NCBI GenBank assembly: GCA_905178155.1
Contig: CAJINV010000004.1
Span: 2,932,921 to 2,996,920, forward strand
DNA length: 64,000 nucleotides
Direction of reading: 5' to 3'
DNA from: Amoebophrya sp. A120
Taxonomy: Eukaryota > Protista > Dinoflagellata
Both the position numbers and the translations under genes were made by a program. The notes beneath the pieces were generated by a model. That model ran no database searches. It saw only the letters and a program-made list of their open reading frames with translations, and was not told the origin of the DNA. This document shows, piece after piece, positions 61,200-64,000 of the stretch (its first letter is position 1; every line of letters starts with the position of its first letter).

Positions 61200-64000
61200 G
61201 ACGACAAAACGCAAAACAATGGGCGCAGCAAGGCGGCGCCCGGTTTCTCGCGGGGATTGGCATGGGGACACGAAGGGAGCAAAACCACGCCAAAAAGCTG
61301 CGCGGCCGGCTTTTCGGACGGAAGCAAGCGAAGCCGGCGCTCATTTTACCACGCTTTTCCGCATGGGGGCACGAAACAAAACCGCGCCAGAAAGCTTTGC
61401 CGCTGGCTTTCATTCAAGCAGCTAGCGAAGCCGGCGCCGGGTTTTTGCCGCTTTCCCGCATGTGCGCACGGAGCAAAACCACGCCGAAAAGCCTCGCGCC
61501 TGTCTTTTTGAAAGCAAGCGAACCCGGCGCCCATTTTTTCACGCTTTCCCGCATGGGGACACGGAGCAATCAAAGCCGCGCCGGAAAGCTTTGCCGCTGG
61601 CCTTCTAGCAGCTAGCGAATGAAGCCGGCGCCAGGTTTTTGCCGCTTTCCCGCATGGGGGCACGGAGCAAAGCCACGCCAAAAAGCTTCGCGCGTGGCTT
61701 TTTGGAAGCAAGCGAAGCCGACGCCCATGCTTTGGCGTTTTTCCGCATGGGGCACCAGAAAGCTTTGCGGCTGCCTGGCTTTCTACCAGCTAGCGAAGCC
61801 GCCGCCAGAATTTTTCCGCCTTCCCGCATGGGGGCACGGAGCAAAACCACACCACAAAGCGCCGCGGCTGGCTTTTTGGATGAGCGAAGCAAGCGAAGCC
61901 GGCGCCCATTTTGCCACGCTTTGCCGCATGGGGCCACGGAGCAAAGCCGCGCCAAAAAGCTTGGGGCCTCGCTCCCGGCTGGCTTTGTGAAAACAAGCGA
62001 AGCCGGCGCCCATTTTTTGGCGCTTTCCGCATGGGGGAACGAAGAAAAACCGCGCCGAGAAGCTTTGCGCTTAGCTTTCTAGCAACTGGCGAAACCGGCG
62101 CCAGGCTTTTACCACTTTCCCGCATGGGGGCACGGGGCAAAACCACGCCAAAAGGCTTCGCGGCCGGTTTTTGGTAGCAAGCGAAGCCGGCGCCCATTTT
62201 TTCACGCTTTACCGCATGGAGGCGCGGGGCATAACCGCGCAAAAAAGCGCTGCGGTTGGCTTTCTAGCAGCTAGCGAAGCCGGCGCCAGGTTTTTGCCGC
62301 TGCCCCGCATGGGGGCACGGAGCAAAACCACGCCAAAAAGCTTCCCGGCTGGCTTTTTGAAAGCAAGCGAAACTGCCGCCCATTTTTTGGCGCTTTTCCG
62401 CATGGGGGCACGGAACAAAACCGCGCCGCACGGCCTTGCGGTCGGCCTTCTAGCAGCTAGCGAAAACGGCGCCAGGTTTTTGCCGCTTTCCCGCATGGGG
62501 GCACGGAGCGGAACAACGCCAAAAAGCGTCGCGGCGGGCTGGCTTTTTGGAAGCAAGCGAAGCCGGCGGCTATCTTTTCCCGCCCTTTGTTTTCTGCATG
62601 GGGGACTTTATTTTTGTAAACAGCCGCTTGCCGCTTTGTTTTCCGCATGGGGGCACGGGGCAAAGCCGCGCGAAAAAGCTTTGCGGTTGGCCTTTCAGCA
62701 GCTAGCGAAACCGGCGCCAGGTTTTTGTCGCTTTCCCGCATGGGAGCACGGAGCAAAACCACGCTGAAAAGCCTCCCGGTTCACTTTTTGGAAGCAGGCG
62801 AAGCCTGCCGACGCCCATTTTTTGGCGCTTTTCCGCATGGGGGCAGGGAGAAAAACCGCGCCGAAAAGCTTTGCGGGTGGCTTTCTAGCAGCTAGCGAAA
62901 CCGGCGCCAGGTTTTTGCCGCTTCCTTTCCCGCATGGAGGCAAGGGGCAAAACCACGCCGAAAAGCCTCGCGGCAGGCTTCTTGGAAGCAAGCGAAGCCG
63001 GCGCCCATTTTTTTACGCTTTGCGGCATGGGGGCACGCAGCAAAACCGCGCAAGACAGCAGGCCGGCTTTCATCTAGCAGCTAGCGAAACCGGCGTCAGG
63101 TTTTTGCTGCTTCCCATATTTCATTGGGCGCAGGCGGTGCCCGGAATTCTCGCGCAAGCCGGCATGGGGACACAGAGCAAAGCCGCGGCCAGAGGCTTCG
63201 CGGAGTAAATCCACGCACCGGGCGAAGGTGGTGGCCGGTTTGTTTCTCGCGCAAATTGGCACGGGGGCACGAAGCAAAGCCGGGGCCGGAAGCTTTCCAG
63301 AAAAGGGCGAAGGCGGCGCCCGGTTAGTAAGTTTCTCGCGCAAAATGGCATGGGGGCACGGAGCAAAACCGCGGCCGGAAGCTCCCCAGAATTCACTGGG
63401 CGAAGGTGGCTGGTGCCCGGTTTCTCGCGCAGACTGGCACGGGGCCACCCACGGAGCAAAACCATGGCCAGAAGCTTCCCGGAGCGAGCGAGTACATACA
63501 AAAGGGCGAAGGCGGTGCCCGGTTTCTCGCTCAAGCTGGCACGTGGACACGGAGCAAAACCACGGCCAGAAGCTTCCCACAGTCTGTCAACTGGGCGAAG
63601 CAAGGCGCTGCTTGGTCGGTGGGGTCTCGCGCGGGAGCGGGCACGGAGACACGAAGCAAAATCGTGGCCCGAAGCATCGCAGAATCAACTGGGCGCGCGA
63701 AGGCGGTGCCCGGTTTGTTTCTCGCGCAAACTGGCACGGGGACACTCAGTCACGGAGCAAAGCCGCGGCCAGAACCGCTTCCGCCGCACTGGCACAGGGA
63801 GGGAGCAGAACCGCTCCCCCCCAGAATTGGGCGGGGGCGGTGCCCGGTTTCTCGCGCAAACTGGCACGGGGACACGGAGCAAAGCCGCGGCCAGAGCCAA
63901 CCCCTTTCCGCCGCACTGGCACACGGAGCAAAACCGCTCCCCCCCCAGAATTGGGCGAGGGCGGTGCCCGGTTTCTCGCGCAAACTGGCACGGGGACACG
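61200..64000. repeat. GC-rich satellite: ~190-bp dimer of ~95-bp monomers, changing to a ~100-120-bp variant after ~63120
   Basis: gcaagcgaaSccggcgc-type and gctagcgaaRccggcgccagg monomers alternate (A-type at 61324, 61514, 61708, 61889); shared core ccgcatgggggcacggagcaaa; runs off the window. Confidence 0.92.

Noticed and set aside
61200-64000. CRISPR array or coding repeat ORFs
   Set aside because: No unique spacers and no cas genes; the ORFs are just translations of the satellite in several frames.

Overview
Eukaryotic, intron-containing DNA. All ~15 recognisable protein genes lie on the minus strand as one unidirectional cluster. Coding exons are interrupted by 16 complete elements of 139-374 bp. 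Each has TA(T)...(A)TA ends, imperfect terminal inverted repeats and a 5-bp direct repeat; removing the element plus one repeat copy restores the reading frame in every case, without needing GT-AG ends. This matches the introner-type non-canonical introns described in the parasitic dinoflagellate Amoebophrya (Syndiniales); the taxon is my inference, not proven. Genes: YqeH/NOA1 GTPase, CEP70-like, FkbM-like methyltransferase, ArgZ-like pentein hydrolase, DnaJ+AbfB-like protein, DPY19 with a TPR-like tail, a PAM2 + SLBP-like protein, SRP receptor beta, an M64 metallopeptidase and several hypothetical proteins. Also present are a GC-rich probable tyrosine-recombinase relic and a higher-order satellite at the right end. 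Strongest leads: (1) unrelated introner families share a GCATNACA motif paired at 31-32 bp and occur in both orientations; (2) none of 16 inferred GT-AG introns has +5G; (3) a GTAAG-type intron is nested inside one introner; (4) an SLBP-like domain is joined to PAM2. All gene models were built by hand, without transcript data.
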